From assembly GCA_036510525.1 (NCBI GenBank), contig DATCDU010000034.1, positions 976 to 64,975 of the forward strand: 64,000 nt of DNA, in the 5' to 3' direction. The position numbers and the translations under genes were made by a program. The stretch comes from Minisyncoccota bacterium. GTDB taxonomy: Bacteria > Patescibacteriota > Minisyncoccia > UBA6257 > 2-01-FULL-56-20. A model generated the notes under the pieces. It searched no databases. It saw only the letters and a list, made by a program, of their open reading frames with translations, and was not told the DNA's origin. This document shows positions 9,485 through 19,815 of the stretch, piece after piece (position 1 is the first letter of the stretch; every line of letters begins with the position of its first letter).

Positions 9485-9940
9485 TTACTGCAGAATCTCT
9501 TCGATCTTCTTCTCTAACGCTTCATTGCTAAGAGGCTTGGAAGGAGCCGGACGCGGGGCCTCTGCGGGTACAGCGGGAGCGGAATACGGAGTCGAGCTTC
9601 GTGGGCGGCGCTCTTCGCGAGGCGGCATGGCCGAGCTTGCGGTGCGCTCCGCCGGAGCCGGCGAAGCAATCACCATGAAGCGGAGCACGGCGGCGTGGGT
9701 GTTGAGATCGTGCTCAAAAGCTTTGATATCATCACCGAACGCTTTGAAGGTAAAGTAAACGAACACCGCTTCGGTATGCTTCTTGATCTCGTACGAGAGC
9801 TGCAACCGCTTGGCGCGCGGCTCCGAGATGCCCTCGGCGTTATGCTGGCCGGCGAGCTTGAGCACGGCTGCCAAATCCTCCTCGCCCTTCAAAAGCAAAG
9901 CGAGTTCGTATTCCTTTCTGTCCTTTTCTTCGTTGGTCAT
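9485..9940 (-). CDS. rpsF: 30S ribosomal protein S6 with C-terminal extension
   Basis: YELALLL, RLQLSYEIKK, VLRFMVI; lies upstream of ssb; tail ends LEKKIEEIL. Confidence 0.9.
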   Translation of the reverse strand: MTNEEKDRKEYELALLLKGEEDLAAVLKLAGQHNAEGISEPRAKRLQLSYEIKKHTEAVFVYFTFKAFGDDIKAFEHDLNTHAAVLRFMVIASPAPAERTASSAMPPREERRPRSSTPYSAPAVPAEAPRPAPSKPLSNEALEKKIEEILQ

Positions 9941-9999
9941 AGTTCCCTATTCTAGCCGAGCCGGCTGGAAAAGTCCAGCCGGCGGCCAGTAATCCATTA

Positions 10000-12900
10000 C
10001 TACTTACTAGTTTCCACCGCCGCTTCCTCCTCTTCGGCCACGTCCGACTCGTGGAGCATTTCGTCCGCAGGAAGATCGCGCTTTCCGGCAGGGATCAACC
10101 GGCCGATGATGACGTTCTCCTTGAGGCCGCGCAGCTTGTCGATCTTGCCCTCGATCGCGGCTTTGACGAGCACGCGGGAGGTATCCTGGAAGGACGCTGC
10201 GGAAAGGAATGATTCCGCCGAGAGCGCGATGCGGGTGATGCCGAGCAACACTTCCTCCGCCTTCGCCTGCTTCTTGCCGGCTTTCTTGAGATCTTTGTTC
10301 ACCTCCAAGAACTTGGACTTTTCAACGATCTCGCCCATTACGAAATCATCCGCATCGCCGCCGTCGGAGATCTTTACGCGCGAGAACATCTGCTTCACGA
10401 TCATTTCGATGTGCTTGTTGTTGATGGAAGCACCTTCCGAGAGATAGATCCTTTGCACTTCATTCACGATGTAGCGGCCAACGGCACCCATGCCCTTGTG
10501 TTCGAAAAGCTCGTGGATGTCGAGGTTTCCTTCGGAGAGCTGGTCGCCTTTCGTAACTTTATCCCCTGCCTTCGCAAAGAGGACGGTGCCACGCGAGACG
10601 CTGATCTCCTGCGCCTTTGCTTTCTTGTTCTCGGAGATGAAGCGCATCACTTTCAAAGTGCCGCGCTCTTCGATCTTGTCGATCGTCCCGTCGAACGGCG
10701 CGAGGATCGCGCGGCCCTTCGGCGCGCGGGTCTCGAAGATTTCCTCAACGCGCGGCAGACCGTGCGTGATGTCCGCGCCGGCGGCGCCTCCCTGGTGGAA
10801 GGTACGCATCGTCAGCTGTGTCCCCGGCTCGCCGATGGACTGGGCGGCGATGACGCCGACCGCGGTGCCGTACTTCACGAGTTCGTTGATGCTGAGGTCG
10901 TAGCCGTAGCACTTTGCGCAGATTCCATAGAAGGTCTTGCACGAGATCGGCGAGCGCACGATCACGGAGTCGAGCTTGGATGCCTCGATCTCATCGGCGG
11001 TGTCGCGATTGATCACCTCGTTCGCGTGGACGAGGATCTTGTTGCCCACCTTCACATCCACGAGCGCGGTGCGGGAGAACAACTTGGAAGCAAAGCTGTG
11101 ATTGAACTCCTTGCCATCGCTGCGCAGGATCTCCAATCCCTCTTTCGTGCGGCAATCCTCTTCGCGGATCGTGAGGTCCTGCGAAACGTCCACCAAGCGA
11201 CGGGTAAGGTAACCGGCCTGCGCGGTTTTCAAAGCCGTGTCGGTCGTTCCTTTGCGCGCGCCGTGGGTGGCGATGAAGTATTCCAACACCGAAAGTCCTT
11301 CTTTTAATGAAGATTTAATAGGAAGTTCGATGGTCTCTCCTTTCGGGTTCTGCACGAGTCCTTTCATACCCATCATCTGGATTGGCTGTGACCACGAACC
11401 GCGGGATTTGGAATCCACGATCTGGTAGATGGAATTGTCCTTCGGGAATATCCCAAGAATGATCTTCGCGAGCTCATCCTTTGATTTTTCCCACACACTG
11501 ATGACACGGCTGCGACGTTCCGGCGGCGTGAGCAAACCTTCCGCGAACTGGCCGTTGATGAGCGCCACTTCATCGTTCGCCCGCTGCATGATCTCCTTCT
11601 TCTGCGGCGGAATGATAAGGTCGGCCATCGCCCAGGTGATGCCGGACACCGTCGCCATCTCGAATCCGAGGAGCTTCATGCGATCGATCGTGTCGCGGGT
11701 GACGTCCATGCCGTGCTTCTCAAAGATCTTGGAGAGCAACTTGCTGATCTTCGGCTTCGTCATCATCTCGTTCACGTAATCCATCTTGCCGTCGAGCGTC
11801 TGGTTGAAGATCAAGCGGCCGACGGTCGTCTCCGTCATCGTCCCTCCGATGGCGATCTTGATCGGCGCATGGAAGGTGATGAAGTTGAACTGGTACGCGA
11901 GCATTGCCTCGTCGAAATTCGCAAAGTGGCGAAGCGGACCTTTTGCTTCCTCCATGCGGGTGATGTAGTACAAACCGAGCACTACATCGTTGATCGGGGC
12001 GGTGATGAGGTCGCCGGTGGCGGGCTTGAGCAGGTTGCGGCCTGCGGACATGATCTCGCGGGCTTCCTGCTGTGCGGCCTCGGAGAGCGGAAGATGGACG
12101 GCCATCTGGTCGCCGTCGAAATCGGCATTGAACGCCGGGCAGACGAGCGGGGGGAGCTTGAGGGCAAGGCCCTCAACCAATTGCGGACGGAACGCCTGCA
12201 CCGAAAGCCGGTGCAACGTCGGAGCGCGGTTCAAGAGCACATGCTTGTCTTTGATGATCTCTTCGAGAATGGCGAGCACTTCCGGCGTGTGCTCTTCAAT
12301 GAAGCGCGACGCGCTGCGGATGTTGTGCGCCAATCCTTGTTTGATGATCTCGCTGATCACGAACGGGCGGAAAAGCTCGAGCGCCATGCGTTTTGGAATG
12401 CCCATCTGGTCAAGCTTGAGCTTAGGACCGACGACGATCACGGAGCGGCCGGAATAATCCACGCGCTTTCCGAGAAGGTTCTGGCGGAAGCGGCCCTGCT
12501 TGCCTTTCAACATGTCGGCAAGGGAGCGAAGCGGGCGGCGCTGTGCGGAAAGTTGCTGAGTGCCGAAGCGCGCCGAGTTGTCGATCAACGCATCCACGGC
12601 TTCCTGGAGCATGCGCTTCTCGTTGCGGACGATGACGTCCGGCGCCTTGATCTCCAAAAGCTTCTTCAAGCGGTTGTTGCGGTTGATGACGCGACGATAG
12701 AGGTCGTTCAGATCGCTGGTCGCGTAGCGTCCGCCGTCGAGCGCCACCATCGGACGGAGGTCCGGAGGAAGCACCGGCAAAACGGTCGTGATCATCCATT
12801 CCGGACGGCCGCCGTTGCGGATCATCGCTTTGAACATCTTGAGGCGGCGAAGCAACTTGCTCTGCGCCATCGGATCCTTCGCGCCTTCGAGTTCTGCCTC

Positions 12901-15900
12901 GATCAACTTCACCTCCTTCTTGAGGTCAAGCTTCTGTAAGATTTGCTGGACCGCTTCGGCTCCACTAGAGGCCTTGAAAATGTTTCCGAACTTTCGGGAA
13001 AGCGTGAAGTATTCGTTCTCGCTCAAGATCTGGCCGATGCGCAACTTTTCGAGATAATCTTTGGTGAGGTCCGCGGCATCTTCGATCTCCCCTTTTACCG
13101 TCTTGTCCTTGTTGCCGACGGTCTTCAATTTCCCTTTCAATTCGCGGTCGAGGTCATCCAACGCCTGTTTGCGGTTATCTTCTTTGATGTCGGTGATGAT
13201 ATAGGCGGAATAATAGATGACGCGCTCCAGTTTCTGGGCGGACACATCGAGCGCGAGCGAAAGGCGCGACGGAATGCTCTTTAAAAACCAAATATGCGAG
13301 ACCGGCGTCGCGAGCGCGATATGCCCGATGCGCTCGCGGCGTACGGCCGCTCGCGTGACTTCCACGCCGCACTTATCGCACACCACGCCCTTATAGCGGA
13401 TGCGGCGATACTTACCACAGTAGCATTCGTAATCTTTGGTAGGCCCGAAGATGCGCTCGCTGAACAAGCCATCCTTTTCCGGACGCTGAGTGCGGTAATT
13501 GATCGTCTCCGGCTTGATGACCTCGCCGTGCGACCAGCGCAAGATATCTTCCGCCGACGCGACGGTGATGCGCATGGCCGAGAAGGCATCTTTGCGATCG
13601 CCCTCGTTCTCATAAAGCAACTGGATGTTAAAGCCGAGCGATTTTAATTCATTGACCAACACGTTGAACGATGCCGGAACGTTCGGCTCTTTGATGGTCT
13701 CACCGCGGATGATCGATTCGTATGCCGCGGCGCGGCCGACGACGTCGTCCGATTTGATCGTGAGCATTTCCTGAAGCGTGTGGCGTGCGCCATAACCTTC
13801 AAGCGCCCACACCTCCATTTCTCCAAAGCGCTGTCCGCCGAACTGCGCCTTGCCGCCGAGCGGCTGCTGGGTGATCAAAGAGTACGGACCGATAGAGCGC
13901 ATGTGCGCCTTGTCTGCCACGAGGTGGTTCAGCTTCAACATATAGATCTGCCCGACCGTCGCGCGGTTCTGGAACGCCTCGCCCGTGCGGCCGTCGAACA
14001 ATTTCATTTTGCCGTCTTCCGGCAAGCCGGCTTTCTTAAGCTCGTCGCGAATATCCTGCTCCGTCGCCGAATCCAATCCCGGCGTGATCGCACGATAGCC
14101 AAGCTTCTGCGCCGCGTAGCCAAGATGCGTTTCCAAAATTTGTCCGAGGTTCATGCGGGAGACGACGCCCAACGGATTCAAAATGATGTCCACCGGCGTA
14201 CCGTCCTCCAAGTACGGCATGTCTTCTACGGCGCGCACCTGAGAGATGACGCCTTTGTTGCCGTGACGGCCTGCGAGCTTGTCGCCCGCCTGCACTTTGC
14301 GGAGTTCCGCGATCTCCACCTGGATGCGGCGGATGATGCCCGGCTCCAACTTGTCGCCGCGCTCACGGTCGAAGATTTTAACATTCACGACGCGGCCGAT
14401 CTTTCCGTGCGGGAGCGTGAGCGAAGTGTCCTTCACATCGCGTGCTTTGTCGCCGAAGATGGCGCGGAGCAAGCGCTCTTCCGAGGTCAATTCCGATTCG
14501 CCCTTCGGCGAGATCTTGCCGACCAAAATGTCGCCGGCTTTTACTTCGGCGCCGATGCGGACGATTCCCTCTTCGTCGAGATTCTTCAATTTATCTTCCG
14601 AGACGTTCGGGATGTCGTAGGTCGTGACTTCCGGTCCAAGCTTCGTGTCACGCACATCGCAAGAGTATTCATCGATATGGATCGAAGTGAAGCGATCCTG
14701 CTGAACGACGCGCTCCGAGATGATGATGGCGTCTTCAAAGTTGGCGCCCTCCCACGAGACGAACGATACGAGCAGGTTCTGCCCAAGTGCCAGGATGCCG
14801 TTCTCTATAGAAGGGCCGTCAACAAGCACCTGTCCCTTCTTGACCTTATCCCCGCGCAAAACGAGCGGCTTCTGGGAGATACAGGTGAACTGGTTGGAGC
14901 GCTTGAACTTCTCAAGGGTGTAATTCTTTGTCGCCTTTGAATATTTAACTTTAAGATGGGCGCCGTCCACTTCAAGCACCTCGCCGTTATCTTCGGCAAC
15001 GATCACGTAACCAGAATCGAGCGCGACTTTCTCTTCCTGGCCGGTCGAAACGTACGCGGCGTCCGGCTTTACGGACACGACCGCCTGGCGTTGCATGTTT
15101 GAACCCATCAATGCGCGGTTCGCATCGTCGTGCTGAAGGAACGGAATGAGCGATGTGGCAACGGAGATGAACTCGTGCGGCGCGACGTCGATGAGGTCAA
15201 CCTCTTCCGGCGTGACCGTTCCCGGCTCGCCCTTAATGCGCGCCTCAAGCGTCGGGCCGATCAACTTGCCGTTCTCGTCCTTTGGGCTGCCGGCGTGAGT
15301 GATCTTGTACTTCTCTTCTTCCGAAGCGTCGTACCAGACGATCTCTTTTGTGACGACGCCGTCCTTTACCTTTGCGTACGGTGCCTCCAAGAACCCGAAG
15401 TCATTGATGCGGGTGTAGCTCGCGAGGTAGTTGATGAGACCAATGTTCGAACCTTCCGGGGTTTGAATCGGACAGATGCGGCCATAGTGAGAACGATGCA
15501 CGTCGCGAACCTCGAACGAGGCGCGCTCGCGCGTGAGACCGCCGGGACCGAGCGCGGAAATGCGGCGCTTGTGCTCAAGCTCAGCGAGCGGATTCACCTG
15601 GTCCATGAACTGCGAAAGTTGCGATGATGCAAAAAATTCCTTGATGACCGCGGCGATCGGGCGGAAGTTTACGAGCTGTGCCGGCATGAGGTTGTCTTTG
15701 TCTTCCGTGGACATCCTGTCCTGGATGATACGGCGCAAGCGCGCGAGACCGATGCGCAAGCGGCCCTGCAAAAGCTCTCCCACTGCCTTCAACCGGCGGT
15801 TGCCCAAGTGGTCGATATCATCCGGTTCGGCGTCGGCGTCGTTGTTCAACTTTATGATCTCTTTGACGATCATGATGAGGTCCTCCGCGTCGAGCAGCTT

Positions 15901-16752
15901 GTTCGTCTTCTTCTTGCTGAGCTCGAGGCGCTGGTTCATCTTGTAGCGGCCCACCTCGGAGAGGTCGTAGCGGTCGGGGCGCTCGAACATTGCGGCAATA
16001 AGGTTCTTTGCGGTGTCGGCGGCGGCCGGGTCACCCGGGCGCTGGCGCTTATAGATCTCTATATATGACTCCGCGGCGTCCTTTGCTACATCCTTTTTTA
16101 ATGTGGCTTCGATAAACTTAACGAGGCCGGTATCATCCTTCTCGAAGGTCTTCTTGATGGTCTCCGTGTCCATGCCGAAGATGCGGAGCAACGCGCTCAC
16201 CGGCACCTTGCGGTGGCGGTCGATCTTGACACTGATCGTGCCGTCGATGTCCGTCTCGAACTCAAGCCATGCACCGCGGTTCGGGATGATCTTGGCGCCG
16301 AAGAGCTGACGGCCGCGGTACGGCACTGCGGTAAAGTAGACGCCCGCGGAGCGGACGAGCTGGGCGACGACGACGCGCTCGACGCCGTTCACGATGAACG
16401 TGCCGCGCGTGGTCATGATCGGGAAATCGCCAAAATACACCTCCTGCTTGTGCTCGTGGCCCGTGCGGTTGTTCACCAAACGCAGGGTGCAGCGAAGCGG
16501 CGCTTCGTAGGTCGCTTCTTTATAGCGCGCGGTCGTCTCGTCGTACTTCGGTTCGTCAAAACGATAGTTGGAAAAATAAAGTTCGAATTCCTTTCCGGTA
16601 TGATCGCGGATCGGAGAAATTTCCTCAAGCAGTTCGTTCAAACCTTTTTCGAGGAACCACTGGTACGACTTCAACTGCGCCTCGTTGAGGTTGTAGGGAG
16701 AGATGAGCGGTTTTGATTTTGAAAAGTTTTTAGTAGAGGTAAATTTTGCCAT
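10000..16752 (-). CDS. rpoBC: Fused RNA polymerase beta-beta' subunit
   Basis: Single 2250-aa ORF with RpoB motifs (GDKLAGRHGNKG, GGQRFGEMEVWALE) followed by RpoC motifs (Zn finger, NADFDGDQMAVH, GEPGTQLTMRTFH). Confidence 0.97.
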   Translation of the reverse strand: MAKFTSTKNFSKSKPLISPYNLNEAQLKSYQWFLEKGLNELLEEISPIRDHTGKEFELYFSNYRFDEPKYDETTARYKEATYEAPLRCTLRLVNNRTGHEHKQEVYFGDFPIMTTRGTFIVNGVERVVVAQLVRSAGVYFTAVPYRGRQLFGAKIIPNRGAWLEFETDIDGTISVKIDRHRKVPVSALLRIFGMDTETIKKTFEKDDTGLVKFIEATLKKDVAKDAAESYIEIYKRQRPGDPAAADTAKNLIAAMFERPDRYDLSEVGRYKMNQRLELSKKKTNKLLDAEDLIMIVKEIIKLNNDADAEPDDIDHLGNRRLKAVGELLQGRLRIGLARLRRIIQDRMSTEDKDNLMPAQLVNFRPIAAVIKEFFASSQLSQFMDQVNPLAELEHKRRISALGPGGLTRERASFEVRDVHRSHYGRICPIQTPEGSNIGLINYLASYTRINDFGFLEAPYAKVKDGVVTKEIVWYDASEEEKYKITHAGSPKDENGKLIGPTLEARIKGEPGTVTPEEVDLIDVAPHEFISVATSLIPFLQHDDANRALMGSNMQRQAVVSVKPDAAYVSTGQEEKVALDSGYVIVAEDNGEVLEVDGAHLKVKYSKATKNYTLEKFKRSNQFTCISQKPLVLRGDKVKKGQVLVDGPSIENGILALGQNLLVSFVSWEGANFEDAIIISERVVQQDRFTSIHIDEYSCDVRDTKLGPEVTTYDIPNVSEDKLKNLDEEGIVRIGAEVKAGDILVGKISPKGESELTSEERLLRAIFGDKARDVKDTSLTLPHGKIGRVVNVKIFDRERGDKLEPGIIRRIQVEIAELRKVQAGDKLAGRHGNKGVISQVRAVEDMPYLEDGTPVDIILNPLGVVSRMNLGQILETHLGYAAQKLGYRAITPGLDSATEQDIRDELKKAGLPEDGKMKLFDGRTGEAFQNRATVGQIYMLKLNHLVADKAHMRSIGPYSLITQQPLGGKAQFGGQRFGEMEVWALEGYGARHTLQEMLTIKSDDVVGRAAAYESIIRGETIKEPNVPASFNVLVNELKSLGFNIQLLYENEGDRKDAFSAMRITVASAEDILRWSHGEVIKPETINYRTQRPEKDGLFSERIFGPTKDYECYCGKYRRIRYKGVVCDKCGVEVTRAAVRRERIGHIALATPVSHIWFLKSIPSRLSLALDVSAQKLERVIYYSAYIITDIKEDNRKQALDDLDRELKGKLKTVGNKDKTVKGEIEDAADLTKDYLEKLRIGQILSENEYFTLSRKFGNIFKASSGAEAVQQILQKLDLKKEVKLIEAELEGAKDPMAQSKLLRRLKMFKAMIRNGGRPEWMITTVLPVLPPDLRPMVALDGGRYATSDLNDLYRRVINRNNRLKKLLEIKAPDVIVRNEKRMLQEAVDALIDNSARFGTQQLSAQRRPLRSLADMLKGKQGRFRQNLLGKRVDYSGRSVIVVGPKLKLDQMGIPKRMALELFRPFVISEIIKQGLAHNIRSASRFIEEHTPEVLAILEEIIKDKHVLLNRAPTLHRLSVQAFRPQLVEGLALKLPPLVCPAFNADFDGDQMAVHLPLSEAAQQEAREIMSAGRNLLKPATGDLITAPINDVVLGLYYITRMEEAKGPLRHFANFDEAMLAYQFNFITFHAPIKIAIGGTMTETTVGRLIFNQTLDGKMDYVNEMMTKPKISKLLSKIFEKHGMDVTRDTIDRMKLLGFEMATVSGITWAMADLIIPPQKKEIMQRANDEVALINGQFAEGLLTPPERRSRVISVWEKSKDELAKIILGIFPKDNSIYQIVDSKSRGSWSQPIQMMGMKGLVQNPKGETIELPIKSSLKEGLSVLEYFIATHGARKGTTDTALKTAQAGYLTRRLVDVSQDLTIREEDCRTKEGLEILRSDGKEFNHSFASKLFSRTALVDVKVGNKILVHANEVINRDTADEIEASKLDSVIVRSPISCKTFYGICAKCYGYDLSINELVKYGTAVGVIAAQSIGEPGTQLTMRTFHQGGAAGADITHGLPRVEEIFETRAPKGRAILAPFDGTIDKIEERGTLKVMRFISENKKAKAQEISVSRGTVLFAKAGDKVTKGDQLSEGNLDIHELFEHKGMGAVGRYIVNEVQRIYLSEGASINNKHIEMIVKQMFSRVKISDGGDADDFVMGEIVEKSKFLEVNKDLKKAGKKQAKAEEVLLGITRIALSAESFLSAASFQDTSRVLVKAAIEGKIDKLRGLKENVIIGRLIPAGKRDLPADEMLHESDVAEEEEAAVETSK

Positions 16753-16878
16753 AGTGTTTTAAAAAGTTTTTATGTCATCAAAACGAACGCCCACGAAGTG
16801 TTACCTTCGCGGTGGCTCTATAAAGAAGTCGATGAAATAAAATGTGATGGTCATTTTTTTATTCGGCCTTTAAAATCG

Positions 16879-16951
16879 TTCACGATGGGGAATGTGTTTT
16901 GAAAAGCTGGATAAGAATCAACCTTTTCAAAACACATTCCCCATCGCTCAC
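16879..16951 (-). repeat. TGAG-tagged long hairpin C upstream of rpoBC
   Basis: Perfect 24-bp inverted repeat at 16883-16906 / 16923-16946, 16-nt loop; flanks GTGAG ... TGAAC on the minus strand. Confidence 0.85.
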
Positions 16952-17022
16952 TTTCCACCAATACATGTCCCCAACACGCAAAAAACGGCTACGCCCTTCC
17001 TGTTTTCGAGGGATACCGTTTC

Positions 17023-18006
17023 TTAATTGCTTTCTAAGTATTTAACTCTATTTTGGTTCTGTTCGTCAAGTGTCTTGGCGAATATAGTTTTTCCCGTCGC
17101 GGGGTCGCTCAAATAGTAAAGATAAGGGGAACTTTGGGGATGGAGCGCGGCAGTGATGGCGAGAATGCCCGGGTTGCCGATGGGTCCGGGCGGCAAACCT
17201 CTGTTCAAGTAGGTATTGTAAGGCGAATCGATTTTGAAGTCAAGTGCAGAAAGGGAGCATGCATGGGCTGTGGATGTGGGGTTCGCGAGGAATTTGGCAT
17301 AACAGACGGTAGCGTCGATATCGAGGGGCATTCCGTCGGCTAGGCGCTTCAGGATGATCCCCGCCACCAACTCCTGGTCCGTCTGATCCGGCACCTCTTC
17401 CTGTACGATCGAGGCGATGATAAGGGTTCGTTCCTGATCGCTGGTCGAGGCAACCGCGAGCAGGGGTTGGCCCTTGGCGCTGAAATTGCCCGTCATCTCA
17501 GTTACCACATCGGCCACGTTCTCGTTTGTATAGAACTGATAGGTGTCGGGGAAGAGGCGGCCCTCCAAATTTTGCGTACTCGTCAAGTTGATGAGCGCAC
17601 CCGGGCGGATCACAAGCGCGTTGCTAAGAATCCTATCGATATCGAAAATATTTGAACCTTCCGGAATGGTAACCGTCGCCTCCCCCGCTCCACTGCCCGA
17701 GAGAGAGCCGACGATCTGCGCCGTATCCATCGACGGATACAATTTATAAAAGCCCGGCTTCAGTGTGAATGCGCGCCCATCAATGAGAGAAAAGAGGTCG
17801 AATGAGATCGGCGAGCGGATCAGCCCGTCCGCATAAAGGTTTTCCGCGATCGTGCGAAAACCGTCGCCGGGACTCACTTGAAAGATCGTGGGCGACGCGG
17901 CGCCGTTCGCCGGTGCGGCAACTACCGGATCGAGGCTGAAAAACAACCATCCCGCCACAACGATGACGATCAAAATAAACACAGCGCCCACAATCTTTTT
18001 CTTCAT
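17023..18006 (-). CDS. mltG: Endolytic transglycosylase MltG
   Basis: TIPEG, LEGRLFPDTY, IASIVQEE, SPYNTY..GLPPGPIGNPG. Confidence 0.95.
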   Translation of the reverse strand: MKKKIVGAVFILIVIVVAGWLFFSLDPVVAAPANGAASPTIFQVSPGDGFRTIAENLYADGLIRSPISFDLFSLIDGRAFTLKPGFYKLYPSMDTAQIVGSLSGSGAGEATVTIPEGSNIFDIDRILSNALVIRPGALINLTSTQNLEGRLFPDTYQFYTNENVADVVTEMTGNFSAKGQPLLAVASTSDQERTLIIASIVQEEVPDQTDQELVAGIILKRLADGMPLDIDATVCYAKFLANPTSTAHACSLSALDFKIDSPYNTYLNRGLPPGPIGNPGILAITAALHPQSSPYLYYLSDPATGKTIFAKTLDEQNQNRVKYLESN

Positions 18007-19049
18007 GAACGCTTACGGATAGAATTGACCATTGAAAGAGTGAAAAAATTCGCGAGCATACTGGATCCACCGTAACTGAGAAATGGGAACGTCACGCCGA
18101 TGACCGGTAGAAGCCCGGTCGTGGAACCCGTGTTTAACAGGAATTGCACGCCAAGCATCATCGCCGCACCAAGGCAGATGAACTTTTCAAAGTTCTCGTC
18201 GGCGAGCATCCCTATGCGGAGTATCTGGAATATAAGGAAAAGGAACGCGGCAATGATGACGATCCCTCCGGCAACGCCCCACTCCTCGATGAATGCCGCG
18301 AAGACAAAGTCCTCCGACGGCTCGGACAGAAATCCAAGCTGGGCCTGCGTCCCCTGGCCGTATCCCTGACCCCAGAACCCCGCCGAGCCGATCGCGATCT
18401 TTGATTGTATCGCGCTGTAGTTGATGCCAAGCGCGTTCGCGTTGGGGTCCAGGAATCCGATGATGCGTGCGCGGTGATACGGCTTCAGCACGTAGGTCCA
18501 GACAAGGCCGCCGGTGAGTAGGATGACCACAATCGCGACGATGACGCGGCGCCACGGCAATCCAAGCAGTAATAAAAATCCGAACCAGATGCCAAAGAAG
18601 ATCATCGCTGATCCGAGATCGGGAAGCTTCACCGAGATCGCCGCAGGCACGACGAAGAAAAGGAACGATGTGAAAATATTTTTCCACCGTGCGATCGCCA
18701 TATGGCGACGGCTGAAATAGTTCGCAAAAAGTAAAATGAGCGCGACCTTCATAAGCTCCACCGGCTGTAAGCTGAACGGCCCAAGCACAAGCCAACTGTG
18801 CGTGTTGCGGATAAGCGGCGACGTAAGGAGCGAAAGCACCATGAGCGCGAGCGCGAGCGCGTATAGTCCCCAGATCACCCACTGCGAATTGAATATCGTG
18901 CGGACATCCACAAAGAACGATCCGACGACAAGGCCGATACCGATGACGATCCATACGATCTGAAAAATGAAAAAGTGGAACGAGATCGCCGAGAGGATGA
19001 GCAAGCTCGCCGCAAGCAAAATTCCGACCGGAATAAATAGCGCCACCAT
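18003..19049 (-). CDS. rodA: SEDS family peptidoglycan polymerase (RodA/FtsW)
   Basis: Multi-TM protein with QPVELMK, PDLG, AIGSAG, EEWG and PFLSYGGSS. Confidence 0.9.
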   Translation of the reverse strand: MVALFIPVGILLAASLLILSAISFHFFIFQIVWIVIGIGLVVGSFFVDVRTIFNSQWVIWGLYALALALMVLSLLTSPLIRNTHSWLVLGPFSLQPVELMKVALILLFANYFSRRHMAIARWKNIFTSFLFFVVPAAISVKLPDLGSAMIFFGIWFGFLLLLGLPWRRVIVAIVVILLTGGLVWTYVLKPYHRARIIGFLDPNANALGINYSAIQSKIAIGSAGFWGQGYGQGTQAQLGFLSEPSEDFVFAAFIEEWGVAGGIVIIAAFLFLIFQILRIGMLADENFEKFICLGAAMMLGVQFLLNTGSTTGLLPVIGVTFPFLSYGGSSMLANFFTLSMVNSIRKRS

Positions 19050-19051
19050 AA

Positions 19052-19792
19052 CTAGCGGAGTGCGTACACCAAAATTTGATTCACCGCCGGATCAATGTTT
19101 GGCTCGTTCGGATAGATCACCGAGAAATTTTCCGTCGTGCCCGCCGCGACGGTGCCGAGTTGCGTCTCGGAGACGCCGACAGGATTTCCGTTTGCGTCTT
19201 TGAATATCACGAGGACATCGACCTGCTCATACGTGGCGACGGCCGTATTCACGAGCTGGCCACCAACAGAGACGGTCGTTGAAGCCATGCTCGCCTGTAC
19301 ATTCTGAAGGGCGAACTGACCCGGGCCGACCGCCGGGATGGTACCGATTGTTGAGCTCGTGAGCCACGAGACGCCGGTAACCACAAGCGCCGCATGATAG
19401 AATGGTTGCGCCACGGCCTGATTCAGTATTGCAAGATATTCGGTCTGCGAGGGATAGATGAATGACTGCGCCGGAATGGACTGGAGTACCGTCCCGGAGG
19501 TGTCATACAAATCGATCGCGTAATCCAATTCATACGCGCCATAATCGGCGGACTGATTCGTCACTTGTGCGAGGAATGTGTAACGGCCGGGACTCGTGAT
19601 GAAGGTCGTAAGCGCGCCCGGGACGATAAGCGCGGTGCTGGTCGGCACGCACGTTGACGGCGTGCAGACGGGTGGCGTGGAAGCGACGATTGACGGCGCT
19701 ACGAATACGAAATAAATACCGGCGCAGACGACGAGCACGGCCACAATATAGAGCGCACCATAGATAAGCTGCTTCGCGCGGCGGGTGGACAT
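19052..19792 (-). CDS. Membrane-anchored hypothetical protein with Ig-like/FxLYD-type domains
   Basis: N-terminal TM helix; IDLYD and VIFKD..GNPVG beta-rich repeats. Confidence 0.7.
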   Translation of the reverse strand: MSTRRAKQLIYGALYIVAVLVVCAGIYFVFVAPSIVASTPPVCTPSTCVPTSTALIVPGALTTFITSPGRYTFLAQVTNQSADYGAYELDYAIDLYDTSGTVLQSIPAQSFIYPSQTEYLAILNQAVAQPFYHAALVVTGVSWLTSSTIGTIPAVGPGQFALQNVQASMASTTVSVGGQLVNTAVATYEQVDVLVIFKDANGNPVGVSETQLGTVAAGTTENFSVIYPNEPNIDPAVNQILVYALR

Positions 19793-19815
19793 GCACTTAT
19801 TATAGATGATAATGA

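Noticed and set aside
10106-16716. Long plus-strand ORFs opposite rpoBC (298, 408, 386 aa), and similar ones opposite thrS, gatA and ligA
   Set aside because: Antisense shadows of GC-rich coding sequence with no recognisable motifs.
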